Shown here in pieces: positions 1-13,767 of a DNA stretch of 64,000 nucleotides. A model generated the notes under the pieces. It did not search any database. It was not told the DNA's origin and was given only the letters and a program-made list of their open reading frames with translations. The stretch comes from Octopus vulgaris (taxonomy: Eukaryota), in NCBI GenBank assembly GCA_951406725.2, contig OX597817.1:173042001-173106000 (forward strand), given 5' to 3'. Made by a program: the position numbers and the translations under genes. Every line of letters begins with the position of its first letter. The stretch's first letter is position 1.

Positions 1-703
1 TGTCTAGCCTTGTCCTCTTCCCCTAGGGTCAGTCATTGATCCACCATTGGAGGCCTTAGTTTGGTGTGTTGAGGGACAAGGACAGCGCTCCTGTGCCCTT
101 CTTTGAACAGATCTTGTTTTTAGTTTTGATGGGTGCCCTCACACCCTCCTCAAAGATCCAGCATTTTTTTCTTTTTTACAAAAGCCCTGCAGCAATGAGA
201 TACGAATTGTGGGAGCAGGTTTTGGTGAAACTAGAAGCTCCCAATCTGGACCTGCACATTAGTGGCAGATGTAAGATGATCACTTCCTAGGACCTGGTGA
301 TAACCTAGGGACTCGGTCCTACATCTGTGACTGGGCAGGCCTATTTGGGAACACTGCTGCTCACCCTAAATGCGGAAGGCCCTATATGTGTATGTATGTA
401 TTATAACAATAATCCTTGGATAGAATTTAGAAATGTTGAATGCATTGCCAAGCACATTTCCACAAATCCCATATCTCTTAAGATCACAGCCCATATTCCT
501 GGGATGATTACAAATGTTTATAAATTCCATCCATGGATTATCATTATTATTACTATTATATTTATCCTACATTCTTTTGGTACAGCTCGATGCAACCCCA
601 AAAAAACTGGTTCACCAGTCTGCACCATTAGACTGTGGTCAGCATAATAGAATAGAAGCTTTATTTGCATATTCAAAATGTTTCCCATTAACAAATTTAA
701 AAG

Positions 704-742
<39 letters not shown>

Positions 743-744
<2 letters not shown>

Positions 745-1036
745 GAGGCGCAATGACCTAGTGGTTAGGGCAGCGGACTCGCGGTCGTAGGATCGCGGTT
801 TCGATTCCTAGACCGGGCGTTGTGAGTGTTTATTGAGCGAAAACACCTAAAAGCTCCACGACGCTCCGGCAGGGGGTGGTGATCCCTGCTGTACTCTTTC
901 ACCACTCTTTCTCTCACTCTTCTGTTGGCCTTCTCGCTTAGCCAGCGGGGTGGTGTCATTCGAAGGCTAAAACAATGCGAACGCATTGTGACCAGCAATG
1001 TGTAACAACATCTGATGGTCTGGTCGGTCACGTGAT

Positions 1037-1043
<7 letters not shown>
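743..1043 (+). mobile_element. tRNA-derived SINE (family C, tRNA-Arg-like head; possibly Octopus OR-type), CpG-intact
   Basis: A-box-like TGACCTAGTGG and B-box-like GGTTTCGATTCC; ends in CACGTGAT repeats running into (TA)n; the same head recurs at 36720 (+) and 39856 (-). Confidence 0.8.
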
Positions 1044-1110
<67 letters not shown>

Positions 1111-2674
1111 TATAGACATACACATGCTGCTGCTGCTTTCAATAGTTTCTAGTGTATGAGGGTCACTCATCATTATCTTCACATAAACTGTTTATTCTTG
1201 AGACGGATCATCTAAAAACTGGATGGTTTTCACTGCAAGTCAACAAGTTAAAATTATCGAAAGGAGCAGTGGATTGCATGTCGGACATTATTGTCACAAG
1301 GAGTGAAATATGATTAATTCATAGCTTTAAGATTTATTGATAATCAATGTGAGAATATTGCAAAACAAGTAAATGTTTGTTGAATAATTAAAAAATGAAA
1401 AAGATTAATTAATACTAAAATGTGTAAACTTAGATTAAAAAAACAGATTAATATTTCAATTTGCAAATTTTCAGGGGGATAAAAATGCAATTTATAAAGC
1501 AAGGATGAAATTTTATAGCAGATATGATAGAATTAGGAATGAAAACAGCTGCAACAGTCTCATGTTTAAATATTGAGCTAAATGTTATTTTTCATGGCCA
1601 TTCTGCAGCTCGTGATAGGTCAATTTATTTGAAATTATATGATGTTGTGTGCACAAATACACACAAGTACACACACACACACAAATAAATAAATAAATAA
1701 ATACAAATATAATCCCCACATCTACCAGCTAGATAAACAAGCAGTATACAGGGGCATATATACTCTGTAGAGTGGTTGGCATTAGGAAGGGCATCCAGTT
1801 GCAACCAAACCAAAACAGACTATGGAACTTGGTGTGACCCCTGGCCTTGCCAATTCCTGCCAAGCCATCCAACCCATACCAGCATGAAAAACAGACATTA
1901 AACAATGATTATTATTATTATTATGATGTTAAGTGATTATGATGATGATGATGATGATGATCAGGTACTCTAAAATCTTTTGGTGAACAAATGAATCTTT
2001 CGTTTGTGTACCTGGAGACTACTTCAAAGATCCAAGGTCTTTCCATGAAGATCAAATTAACTCTCTAAACTCAGACAGTGCAAGATTCATTTGCAATTAT
2101 TTGTGTTTCTTGCCTTCCATTCTGCCAAAAGCTAATCTTGCAAGCAAAGATGCGAAAACGGTAATGGCAGTTTGTTTCATTAATGCACTAACAAGTGCAA
2201 AATGAAGACAATAGAAATATTTCTTTGCTGGCTGAATTACACTGCAATATACTACAGAGGACATAGTTGAGATTTATTGAATAACGTAAGAGGATTTGCA
2301 GAAACACTATAGATAATCATTATTACTTTCATAACTTGTAATGTCAGAAAGTATGGAGATAATTCTAAGCTGCTTGCGGATTTGTGTTGTTAGCAGCGAT
2401 CCCCAGCAGACTCATAACAGTTTCCAGCTCTTTTGTGAGTTAATAATGGGCGTAAAGAATAACAAACACAGTTTTACCGCTCTAACAATGAACGAGTCAT
2501 TATATCATTACGAGAAATCTGATTTCACTGAGATATCAAAGAAAAGAAGCGCAAAAATCCATACAGCATTGATGAAGAAGTATTGGGAATAGCTACAAGG
2601 AAGGAAACACACTGCATTAAACACAATCTGATACGCAAATGGAAGATGCTATATCTTTATATAAATATATAAGG

Positions 2675-2736
2675 TGTATATATATATATATAAGATATAT
2701 ATATATATATATATCTTATATGAGATATATATATAT

Positions 2737-2777
<41 letters not shown>

Positions 2778-3174
2778 TATATACACACACATTCATATGT
2801 ATTAAAGAAAAGAGCAGGAATGTATGTATTTATAAATGTGTGTGTGTGTGTGTATATATATATGAGTGTGTGCATGCGCACATGTCTATCTCTATATATA
2901 TGTGTGTGTATGTGTATGAGCGTGTGTATCTGTTTTTGTATGTATGTATGCATGTATATATGTATGTATGCATGTATATATGTATGTATGTATGTATGTA
3001 TATATGTATGTATGTATGTATGCTTGTATATATGTATGTATGTATATATGTATGCATGTATATATGTATGTATGTATGCTTGTATATATGTATGTATGTA
3101 TATATGTACGTATGCTTGTATATATGTATGTATGCTTGTATATATGTATGTATGTATGTATGTACGTATGCTTG

Positions 3175-3208
<34 letters not shown>

Positions 3209-3240
3209 TGTATGTATGCATGCATGCATGCATGTATGTA
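2675..3240. repeat. Compound (TA)n/(TG)n/(TATG)n microsatellite
   Basis: Directly visible; accounts for the overlapping low-complexity ORFs. Confidence 0.95.
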
Positions 3241-3923
3241 TAAATTAAAGGTAAAAAGAAACAGGTAAAAAGGTAAAAACTGTAGACGTGCCAGGGGAAT
3301 GAACAATATTAACAATTTGAGAATAACTATGAAAAAAATAATATCAGATCAAGAAAGAGGAAAGAACTAATCATTATGATGCCTGCAAGGCAATTAGAAG
3401 AGACTTTATAGCGATGCCAAAAAAAAAAAAAAGAAAAACATATTGTGAAACCTAATTAGCTGAGTATAGATAGAAAATGCATGAAATAATAAACATTGCA
3501 GAGTATATAAAAGGAAAATAAATAAATAAGCAATTGCATTGAGATGGAAAAACCAAAAAGAAAATAATGTCAAGTTTTGCCACCATTGAGAGTACAAAAA
3601 ATTTGGAAGTAAACTGTAGGGGAGATAATTCAGGATTGGAGGGGAAATATGAGAGAATTAAGTTAAAGCATCTCTGAAATTTTTCCCTAGCGAATGGCAT
3701 ACTCTTTTATACTCTTTTACTTGTTACAGTCATTTGACTGTGGCCATGCTGGAGCACCGCCTTTAGTCGAGCAAATCGACCCCAGGACTTATTCTTTGGA
3801 AGCCTAGTACTTATTATATCAGTCTCTTTTGCCGAGCCGCTGAGTTACGGGGACATAAACGCACCAGCATCGGTAGTCAAGTGATGTTGGGGGACAAACA
3901 CAGACACACAAACATACACACAT

Positions 3924-3954
<31 letters not shown>

Positions 3955-4131
3955 TAAAAATATTAGGGAATAAATCCAAATTTACAGGGAAAAAAATCAG
4001 ATTTAGGATTAAATCCAATTTTATAGTAAAATATTATAAAATATTATTAGAGACAAAACCACTATTTTGCAAAACAAACAAGGAAAGACTTAATCAATAC
4101 ATAAAATTTTAATAAATAGTCAAAAAAACCG

Positions 4132-4174
4132 CCACTACAATTGTTTCTTGTCTTGATCGACAATCTTCAGGTGG
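4132..4174 (-). ncRNA. Minimal type I hammerhead ribozyme (mirror copy)
   Basis: Reverse complement reads CCAC-CTGAAGA-TTGTC-GATCAA-GACAA-GAAA-CAATTG-TA-GTGG. Confidence 0.8.
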
Positions 4175-4296
4175 ACTTCCAATCTAAAATATCAATATTT
4201 TAAAATATAAAAATAATAATTTTAAAATAATTAAAGTATGAATGAAAAAATATAAATATATAATCCATATATAACCTATATATAATCCATATATAA

Positions 4297-4650
4297 TATA
4301 AACGGCAGTTTGTCTGTGCTGTTTCTGTGTGTCTGTTTGCTTGTACCCTCACCCTGACCACGGCTATCAACCGATTCTGATGAAACTTGACACACACATA
4401 GCCCAATGTCATAATTCAAAACTAACGCAGCGAAAATTTTGAAAAGTTCCCCAATTCTGAAAAAAATCGATAAATTCGACATGGGGTCGAGAATCAGAAA
4501 CATAAACCGTCTAGGGGACGCAACTCCACCTTTTTTTACTCTCAAAAAAAATTTACCATCATTTTTTTCCATTTTTTGGCTATAACTCTCTAAAAATGCT
4601 TTATAGTTATTTCCCTTACAAACCTGAGCAACGCCGGGCGATACTGCTAG
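4297..4650 (+). mobile_element. Non-autonomous Helitron
   Basis: Ends CCTGAGCAACGCCGGG (hairpin)...CTAG followed by T; inserted between A and T with no TSD; absent from the mirror arm. Confidence 0.8.
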
Positions 4651-6593
4651 TCAATATATAAACAATATATAAACTAAAATAAACCTATCAACAATTAAAT
4701 ATAAAATATAAAATATAAAATATAAAACAAAACAAAAAAATAATAATAATATAATAATAAACTATATATACACCCATACACATATACCTAATTATATATA
4801 ACCATATCTAACTACATACACTAAATCACACACCTATATATATATCCCTATACATACACATAAAAACGTCTAGGCAACTATAAATAAATAAAATAGCTAA
4901 ATACTTCAACACAATACTTATTCATACTCCCACACACACACACATACAACCCACATTCACGCTCTAGAAAACGGACATCACTTAAAATTATGAACGGAGA
5001 AATGGAATAAATGGAATTAAAAATTATATTCACTTGGTAAAACGAACACTACTTAAAAATTATGAATGAAACAATGCAATAAAACAACAGACATCGCAAA
5101 TAGACACAAATTACTACGAATTCCTTAACAAACCTACCATGATAAACCAAAACCCATAAAAACATATAATGATAAAATCTCCCTTTACTAAACTCTGTAA
5201 CATACCTATATAGCAATCCCTAACCTAAACATTCACACACAAATACACACACGTAAACCACACACCCACGACATATACAAATACCCACACCACTTACACA
5301 TACCTATACATCAAAAATTATGAATGAAACAATGTAATAAAACAACCAACATCGAAAATAGACAAATTACCACGAATTCCCTAAAAAAACCATGATAAAC
5401 CAAAACTCTTAAAAACATATAACGATAAAATCTCCCTTTGCTAAACTCTATAACAAACCTATATAGCAATCCCCCTAACCTATGTTAAGTTGCTTGGTAA
5501 AGTAATTTTGTTTGGTGTATATGTTGAGGCTTATATGTACTTGTGGGTGTGTGTGAGTGGGGTGGGTGTTTGTATTTGTTATGGGTGTGTTGTTTACGTG
5601 TGTGTATTTGTGTGTGAATGTATAGGTTAAAGGGATTGCTATATAAGTATGTTATAGTGTTTAGTAAAGGGAGGTTTTATCATTTATGTTTTGTGAGTTT
5701 TAGCTTATCATGGTAGTTTTATAAAAGAATCCATTCATAATTTTTGTGTTTATTTGTCTGTGTGGGGTTCAGTGGGTTTTTGGAGTATATGTTGAGGTTT
5801 ATATGTATGTATAGGTATGTGTAAGTGGTGTGGGTATTTGTATATGTCGTGGGTGTGTGGTTTACGTGTGTGTATTTGTGTGTGAATGTTTAGGTTAGGG
5901 GGATTGCTATATAGGTATGTTACAGAGTTTAGTAAAGGGAGATTTTATCATTATATGTTTTTATGGGTTTTGGTTTATCATGGTAGGTTTGTTAAGGAAT
6001 TCGTAGTAATTTGTGTCTATTTGCGATGTCTGTTGTTTTATTGCATTGTTTCATTCATAATTTTTAAGTAGTGTTCGTTTTACCAAGTGAATATAATTTT
6101 TAATTCCATTTATTCCATTTCTCCGTTCATAATTTTAAGTGATGTCCGTTTTCTAGAGCGTGAATGTGGGTTGTATGTGTGTGTGTGTGGGAGTATGAAT
6201 AAGTATTGTGTTGAAGTATTTAGCTATTTTATTTATTTATAGTTGCCTAGACGTTTTTATGTGTATGTATAGGGATATATATATATAGGTGTGTGATTTA
6301 GTGTATGTAGTTAGATATGGTTATATATAATTAGGTATATGTGTATGGGTGTATATATAGTTTATTATTATATTATTATTATTTTTTTGTTTTGTTTTAT
6401 ATTTTATATTTTATATTTTATATTTAATTGTTGATAGGTTTATTTTAGTTTATATATTGTTTATATATTGATTATATATGGATTATATATAGGTTATATA
6501 TGGATTATATATTTATATTTTTTCATTCATACTTTAATTATTTTAAAATTATTATTTTTATATTTTAAAATATTGATATTTTAGATTGGAAGT

Positions 6594-6636
6594 CCACCTG
6601 AAGATTGTCGATCAAGACAAGAAACAATTGTAGTGG
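6594..6636 (+). ncRNA. Minimal type I hammerhead ribozyme
   Basis: Stem I CCAC/GTGG; core CTGAAGA; stem II TTGTC/GACAA; GAAA; palindromic stem III ACAATTGT; GUA cleavage triplet ending at 6632. Confidence 0.8.
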
Positions 6637-6724
6637 CGGATTTTTTGACTATTTATTAAAATTTTATGTATTGATTAAGTCTTTCCTTGTTTGTTTTGCA
6701 AAATAGTGGTTTTGTCTCTAATAA

Positions 6725-6784
<60 letters not shown>

Positions 6785-7538
6785 GATATATGATGGAATT
6801 CTTTCAGTTTGTGTCTACCAAATCCACTCACAAGGCTTTGGTCTGCCCGAGGCTATAGTAGAAGACACTTGCCCAAGGTGCCATGCAATGGAACTGAACC
6901 TGGAACCATGTGGTTGGTAAGCAAGCTACTTACCACACAGCCACTCCTACGCTACAACAAACTATCTGTTCATCATATTGATCTTTTGTTGGATGTTTTT
7001 ACTCCTGAAAATTGATGTAGTCTTATTTTCTTATAAACATTTCACTGATACACATTTGCAATATTACAATGATCCATTTTCTTTAGTTGATTACTTTTTA
7101 TACAACTAGATAACAGCCATGGAAAAAATCAAATATTCAATTAGCAACATTTTTGCTTTAGGTTTACTATTTAACATCACGACCATTTTGTCTTTGTTTT
7201 TGTTTAGTTTTTTCTTCCTTGCAACTTAATTACGATGAATTTTTTTTGACAAATTTTGGAGATTTGCAAGAGTAACTTTTTTTTACAGCTAGATGCCTTT
7301 CTAAATGTTAAGCAATCAATAATGCTAAACTAATTTTGATCCAGAGCAGCCAATAAAGGAACCGTTGCATGAAATGCAAGTATGACTATGCAGTTAAATG
7401 CCACCCAACCATGTTTTGGGTTTTGGGTTCAGTCCCACTGCAGAGCACCTTAAGTAAGTATCTTCCCATAAAGCCCCAGGCCAATCAATGCCTTATGAGT
7501 GAATTTGATATTTGGTACATGGAAACTGAAAGAAGTGC

Positions 7539-7573
<35 letters not shown>

Positions 7574-8880
7574 TGGACTCTCCTGTCAAAGACGGCATAT
7601 GAGTGTTCAGCTTTTGCTAAATGACCTGTGCAAATAATTTGTTTATAGTGATCAAATGTTCGTGCTGCATATCAGCTCACTCTCTCCATCAAATCAACGA
7701 TTGATGTCTGAACCATGCATCAAGTGTCAAAGCAATCACAGAGCAACATCAGATGAAGTGTTTTGCTCAAGAACAGTAGTTCTCAGGGAAATTCAGCATG
7801 ACACAGAAGCTGGTCCTTTGAAGCCGGTCCTTTGAATTACAGGCACAATTCATTTTTGCTAGCTGAGTGCACTGGAGTAACATGAAATAAAGTGTCTTGC
7901 TCAAGGATACAAAGCACTACCAGAAATCGAACTCATGATCTTGCAATCATAAACCGAATACCCTAACCACTAAGCCACATGTCTTCACGGATTGCACAGA
8001 GTTAATCAACCAACTGCTCATATGCTATGGGCCAGCATGACCAAGGCTAAAGAGGGCTACACAACAACAGCAACAACAACTATTACTTAGAAATGGAGAC
8101 GGTTGTCAACCAGGCAGCAGAAAATGAATGCAGAGATGGTTGTGCATCCTCATCGTTGTTTTAACATCCACTTCTTCTCCAAGCTTGCATAGTTTGGGCA
8201 GAGATTCATTGAGGCAGATTTTCTAAACCTGGATGCCCTTCTTGACACAAACCCTTACAAGCCTACTAGTGAAATTAACATTTCTGGTAGTGCATTGCGT
8301 CCTTGAGCAAGACACTTTATTTCATGTTACTTCAGTGCACTCAGCCAGCAAAAATGAATTGTGCCTGTAATTCAAAGGACCAGCTTTGTCACATTCTGTG
8401 TCATGCTGAATTTACCTGAGATATTTCCCTGAGATTTCCAAGCAAGGAAATATTTAAATATTTCCTGATGGCCAGACATGTTTTCATGGCAGATTGGAAA
8501 TGAATGGTGACACTCATTTACAACTATTGTGCAATGTCAGGATGGATACACACATGCACATGCACACACATACATGCTCATGCACGCACACATGCACACA
8601 CATACATGCTCATGCACGCACACATGCACACACACACTCAAAGACAGATATATATATAATCAAAAAGGTTAATGCCAATGAATGAGGCCAGCAGCATTCA
8701 TTCAACTAAGTTTTTTGTTCATGTAATTGGTGTTTGCTGGTCTTATAAAACAGGTGTACATCATATAAGACATTACTAGTAATTACATTTTCTGTATTTT
8801 CTTTTTTGTGTACATAGATATAAATACATAACACATACACACACACAAATATGATAAGCTTGTTTTAGTTTCCATCTACC

Positions 8881-9288
8881 TATTTCTTTACAACCCACAA
8901 GGAGCTAGACACAGAGAGGACAGACAAACAGATTAAGTCAATTATATCGACTCCAGTGCGTAACTGGTACTTATTTAATCAACCCCGAGAAGATGAAAGG
9001 CAAAGTCGACCTCGGCGGAATTTGAACTCAGAACGTAGCGACAGACGAAATACCTATTTCTATTTCTTTACTACCCACAAGGGACTAAACACAGAGGGGA
9101 CAAACAAGGACAGACAAATGGATTAAGTCAATTATATCGACCCCAGTGCGTAATTGGTACTTATTTAATCGATCCCGATAGGATGAAAGGCAAAGTCTAC
9201 CTCGGCAGAATTTGAACTCAAAACGTGACAGCAGACGAAATACCACTAAGCATTTCGCCCAGCGTACTAACATTTCTGCCAGCTCGCC
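8881..9288 (-). mobile_element. SINE family A (long-tail subfamily), tandem dimer, nested in a family B SINE
   Basis: Two body+tail units with one head; internal junction GAAATACC|TATTTC near 9055; host sequence TCTACC|AAATCC is interrupted. Confidence 0.85.
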
Positions 9289-10363
9289 TCGACCAAATCC
9301 ACTCACAAGGCTTTGGATGGCCCAAAGTGCCATGCAAAGGGGATTGAAACTGAAACCTCATGGTTGGAAAACAAACTTGTTACTACTCAGCCATGCCTGT
9401 GCCAACATTCAAGGACAAACATAATAACTGCAATAAGATTTAAGATCTAGACAAAGTGAGTAGTATTCTAGTATTTTAACCTCACAGCTTTTATAAGAAT
9501 ATAATTAGAGTATCAGAATCTGTTATCGTTTAGTAAACATTAATGAATATTATTAGGCAAAGTATTTTCTGGCTATGCAGCTTTTGAAGCTATTTCCTTT
9601 TTGTGTGAATGTAATTAATTACCAAAGAAATAAAAATAGATTATTCGATCTCAAAATGTTTATCTCTATTCATTGAACTTCCCAGCACCACTCAACAGGA
9701 CTTTCCTGAGGTTTTATTTCAATTTATTTTACTTGTGAAAAATCAATGTTTTATGCTGCATTAGCTAAATATTTGGTCCTTGTAAATTCAAAATGGGAAA
9801 AACTTGAGAAAGAGAAATGTTTTGAACGCTAGCAATCAGAACCAATAAATGTCATATAATTGGTATGATATCAGTCGGAATAATTGATAAGGATGAAATC
9901 GTTAAAAGTCTTGTACTTTATTACTGTCCAGCTAACTCCCCAACCCGCATAGATCAATAAGAAGACACCAAATCTTGTATACTATAGAAATATAATCTCA
10001 TTGAGGAGAAGTAAGGGGAAAGGAAATTTAGAATTACCAAATGATAAATGTCGATATCTAATAAGTAACATTGACTGAAAGAAACTATAACGTGCATAGC
10101 GGGAAAATAATACTACGGACAATAGCAATCTAGATCACACCTGTATGGCTGGGAAAAAAGTATGTTTTTAAATGGTCTTAAATGGTATGGTGGGGAGGGT
10201 GGGGATATCTCTTTAACCTTGTTTCAATACAATTAACAAAAAGGAAATATGTATACATTCATACATAAATGTATGAACGTACATATGCTCATAGTTAAGG
10301 AGCCAGTGTCGGTTTCAAAGAATAAGGGATACAACTTGTTCACTCAACAGAACTACTCCTTCA

Positions 10364-10398
<35 letters not shown>

Positions 10399-10564
10399 TA
10401 CAGGATGGACCATAAGTTATGCATCAAATGAGTTCAAAATTTTCTGAAATTGCAAAAGACATTTCGAATTTTTTTAAATTTAATGCAATAAATAAAACAA
10501 TGATGAATACGCAAGTAGTTGTAATGAGGAACAAAATGAAAAATAATAATAATAATAATAATAA

Positions 10565-11003
10565 TCATTTCTACTCTATGCACAAGGCCTTGAAAATTTT
10601 GGGGGAAGGGGGATAGTCAATTACATCGACCCCGGTGCATAACTGGTACTTATTTAATTGACCCTGAAAGGCTGAAAGGCAAAGTCAACCCCAGCAGAGT
10701 TTGAACTCAGAACGTAGCAGCAGACGAAATACTGCTAAGCATTTCACCCAGCGTGCAAACTATTCTGCCAGCTCACCGCCTTAAATAATCTTTTCTAGTC
10801 TAGATACAAGGCCTGAAGTTTTTCAGGAAGGGTGCCAGTCAATTAGATCGATCCCAGTATGCGACTGGTATTAAGTTATCCACCTTGAAAGGAAGAAAGG
10901 CAAAGTCGACCTCAGCGGAATTTGAACTCAGAGCATAAAGACAGACGAAATACCGCTAAGCATTTCGCCCAATGTGCTAATGACTCTGCCAGCTTGCCGC
11001 CTT
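10565..11003 (-). mobile_element. Two adjacent SINE family A copies (short-tail subfamily) in (AAT)n
   Basis: GAAAGGCAAAGTCRACC...TTTGAACTCAG...CTGCCAGCT body occurs twice; flanked by AAT repeats. Confidence 0.8.
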
Positions 11004-11569
11004 AGAATAATAATAATAATAATAATGTAATATAATGTAAAATGTTTTGAGGTTTTGGTGCATGACTTTTGGCCTCTGTGCATGCATGTGTGTGCACGCG
11101 TGCATGCATGTGTGTGTGTGTGTATACACACAGTGTACACTGCAAGTGGCTGTATAACCTATAGACACTGAAATTGCTTAACCTAATACTCAAACAAACT
11201 CAATTTTGAATTATAAGAACAATTGACTCAACAGGCTTCCACATAGTTTCCCTCCCCCCTTCAACCCAATTACATTCACTTGGTTTGGTAAAAGGCCAAA
11301 GTAGCCATGTTGTAAAAGGTGAGCAAAGAAAACATAATGTTGCATCAAGAAACTGAAATAAAACAGTGTTCAGAAAGTGATGAAAAAACAAATTGGTTTT
11401 GTGCATTAATATAACATTGGCTTTTCAATGATTTATGATATCAAGAAAGCAAATAAGCATTTAAAACAATTTCTGGTTTATTCAGGGACAAGTAAAAGTG
11501 TTGATGTGTAGCAAACACTTTTAAAATACAAAGTCTCAAACCTAGATGTTGTATGCAGTGTAATTTTAA

Positions 11570-12042
11570 CCCTTTTGATACTAATTCACCCAAAACCACA
11601 CTTGGTTCTGTAGTACAGACTTTCTGCCTTAAAGTGATCAAACTGAAAATTTCCCATTAAAATTTCATGTTAATTTGTTCCAAACAACAGCTTAATAATG
11701 ACACAGTTATTTTACTAAATTCTTCATATTCTTCATTATTTTTTAACTTAATTGAAAGAATGTAAAAAAAAAACAATGTATTTTAACAGAAGTATGCTAA
11801 CAGAAGAATTAAGTGGTTTAACCCTTTTGTTACCAACCTGGCTGAAACCAGCTCTGGCTCTGTAGTATAAATGTCTTGATTACATAAGTTCTGAATTAAA
11901 ACCTTCCACCAAACCTGAGTCACAATTTATGTTCCTGACACTAGCTGAATGATAAGTAAGTCATTTTACTAAATTCTTTGTTACATTTAAAGTAATTGAA
12001 AGAAACACAGAGCATCTCAAAATGAATACCGTAACGAAATGG
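11570..12042. mobile_element. Two adjacent piggyBac-like MITEs
   Basis: TTAA-CCCTTTTG starts at 11570 and 11822; TTAA at the ends; homologous to the intact copy at 33351. Confidence 0.75.
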
Positions 12043-13052
12043 TTAATGTAAAGTAAGTTGAAGGTGTGCCAATTTCAGACTCAACTGACATTGAAAAGGC
12101 CAAGCAGCTTCACAAGTCTATGAGTACCATAAAGAAATATTTGTTTATAGATGGGAAGATTAGAAACTTTGAAGCAGCTGAAAAATGCAGTTACGTATTT
12201 GGTGACCTGGTTAAAAAAGAAAAAACATGTTGGATTCTTTTTTCTTTTTTTTCTTTGATTTTTTTTTTTTTTTTAGGATAGAGTTTCAGTACATTGACAA
12301 ATCTGATCATTTGGGGCCACTTAGATTCCAAGGGTATTAGATTACAGGAATTGAACTGTGACATAAGTGAAACAATTCAGCTCCAGCTTAAATGATAACA
12401 GAAACACAAGGCCAAAGAATAATGATAATACCATAAGCAATTTTATGAAGTTCACTTCCCAGCTACATGGTTATGAGTTCAGTCCCACTGTGTAGCACTT
12501 TGGGGCAAGTGTCATCTACTCATTTACTATAGCCCCAGGCTGACCAATTGCAAAAGATTTGGTAGCTGGAATCTGAAAGAAGCTTATTATATGTATATAT
12601 ATATATATATATATGATGGACTTTCCAATTGAAGACAACATATGAGTGTTCAGCTTCTTTGCTGAACAACCTTCACAAATGACTGGTTTCTGGTGATCAA
12701 ATGTATGAGCTGCACATTAGCTCACTCCTTCCATCAAACCGACGTCGCCTGAACAGGTGCCCAAGTGTGCCACACGTCAGATGCTGAAATGATCGTAGAG
12801 CAACGTGAAATTAAGTTTTTTAGCTAAAGAACACAACACACTGCTCGGTAGGAATTGAACCCATCATCTAGCAATTGTGAGTGCAATATCCAAACCACTA
12901 GGCCACATACCTTCACACATACACACACACACACATATGGTCTCTCTTTACAGTTATCAGGACTGAGTAGTAAGCGTTTCTGCTAGAAGCACACCACTGT
13001 GCTGGAAACAGACCATAAAACAGTTGAACATTCATTTAGCAAGTCAAGATAA

Positions 13053-13453
13053 GTGTAGGAGTGGCTGTGTGGTAAGTAACTTGCTTACCAACCACATGGT
13101 TCCGGATTCAGTCCCACTGTGTGGCACCTTGGGCAAGTGTCTTCTACTATAGCCTCGGGCAGACAAAAGCCTTGTGAGTGGATTTGGCAGACGGAAACTG
13201 AAAGAAGCCTCTCGTATATATGTATATATATGTGTATGTGTGTGTATATGTTTGTGAGTCTGTGTTTGTCCCTCCAACGTCGCTTGACAACTGATGGTGG
13301 TGTGTTTACGTCCCCGTAACTTAGCGGTTCAGCAAAAGAGACCAACAGAATAAGTACTAGGTTTACAAGGAATAAATCCTGGGGTTGATTTACTCGACTA
13401 AAGATGGTGCTCCAGCATGGCCACAGTCAAATGACTGAAACAAGTAAAAGAGT
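13053..13453 (+). mobile_element. SINE family B, full length
   Basis: GGAGTGGCTGTGTGGTAAG head, central (TA/TG)n, tail ATGACTGAAACAAGTAAAAGAG. Confidence 0.85.
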
Positions 13454-13767
13454 ATAGTCCTGACTCTTAGCTAACTGTACCAGCTCTATATCTGTGAACT
13501 TGCAGGCATAGTCATACACCCACCCACCCACAAAAACACAGATATGCATTCACACAAATATGACTGACTTAATCCTTTTGGTATCAAACTGACTGAGATC
13601 ATCCCTGGTTCTACGATACACAAACTCCTTGTTTAAAAAGGATTGAAATTAAAACCTTCCAATAAAATTTCATGTTAATTTGTGTTCCAAACACCAGATT
13701 AAGAATAATATAGTTATTTTACTAGATTCTACATTATTTCAAGATTAATTTCTTCAAAAGAAATATT

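Larger units (their letters stand above)
3950..6728. mobile_element. Non-coding Penelope-like (PLE) element in inverted-duplication configuration, inserted in (TA)n
   Basis: ~4043-5310 (excluding the Helitron) is the near-perfect reverse complement of ~5807-6728; each arm has a hammerhead motif; internal ~250 bp subrepeats; (TA)n on both sides. Confidence 0.75.
3701..6952 (-). mobile_element. SINE family B (tRNA head, CORE-like ACCTTGGGCAAGT motif, internal microsatellite) split by a ~2.8 kb insertion
   Basis: 3' half at 3701-3925 and 5' half at ~6785-6952 join to match intact copies at 13053, 34203 and 54995. Confidence 0.85.

Noticed and set aside
1-390. GC-richer segment with a 74-aa ORF
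   Set aside because: Truncated by the window edge; possibly a LINE fragment, but no diagnostic motif
743-815. tRNA-like sequence
   Set aside because: It is the head of a repeated SINE that continues into body and tail; no clean cloverleaf
2657-3315. Long overlapping ORFs (YIHT/MYVC repeats); similar ones at 47125-47596, 49755-50158 and 53981-54406
   Set aside because: Translations of dinucleotide and tetranucleotide microsatellites
12066-12281. Protein-like ORF with splice-like signals on both strands
   Set aside because: Short, no recognisable homology, no consistent acceptor/donor pair
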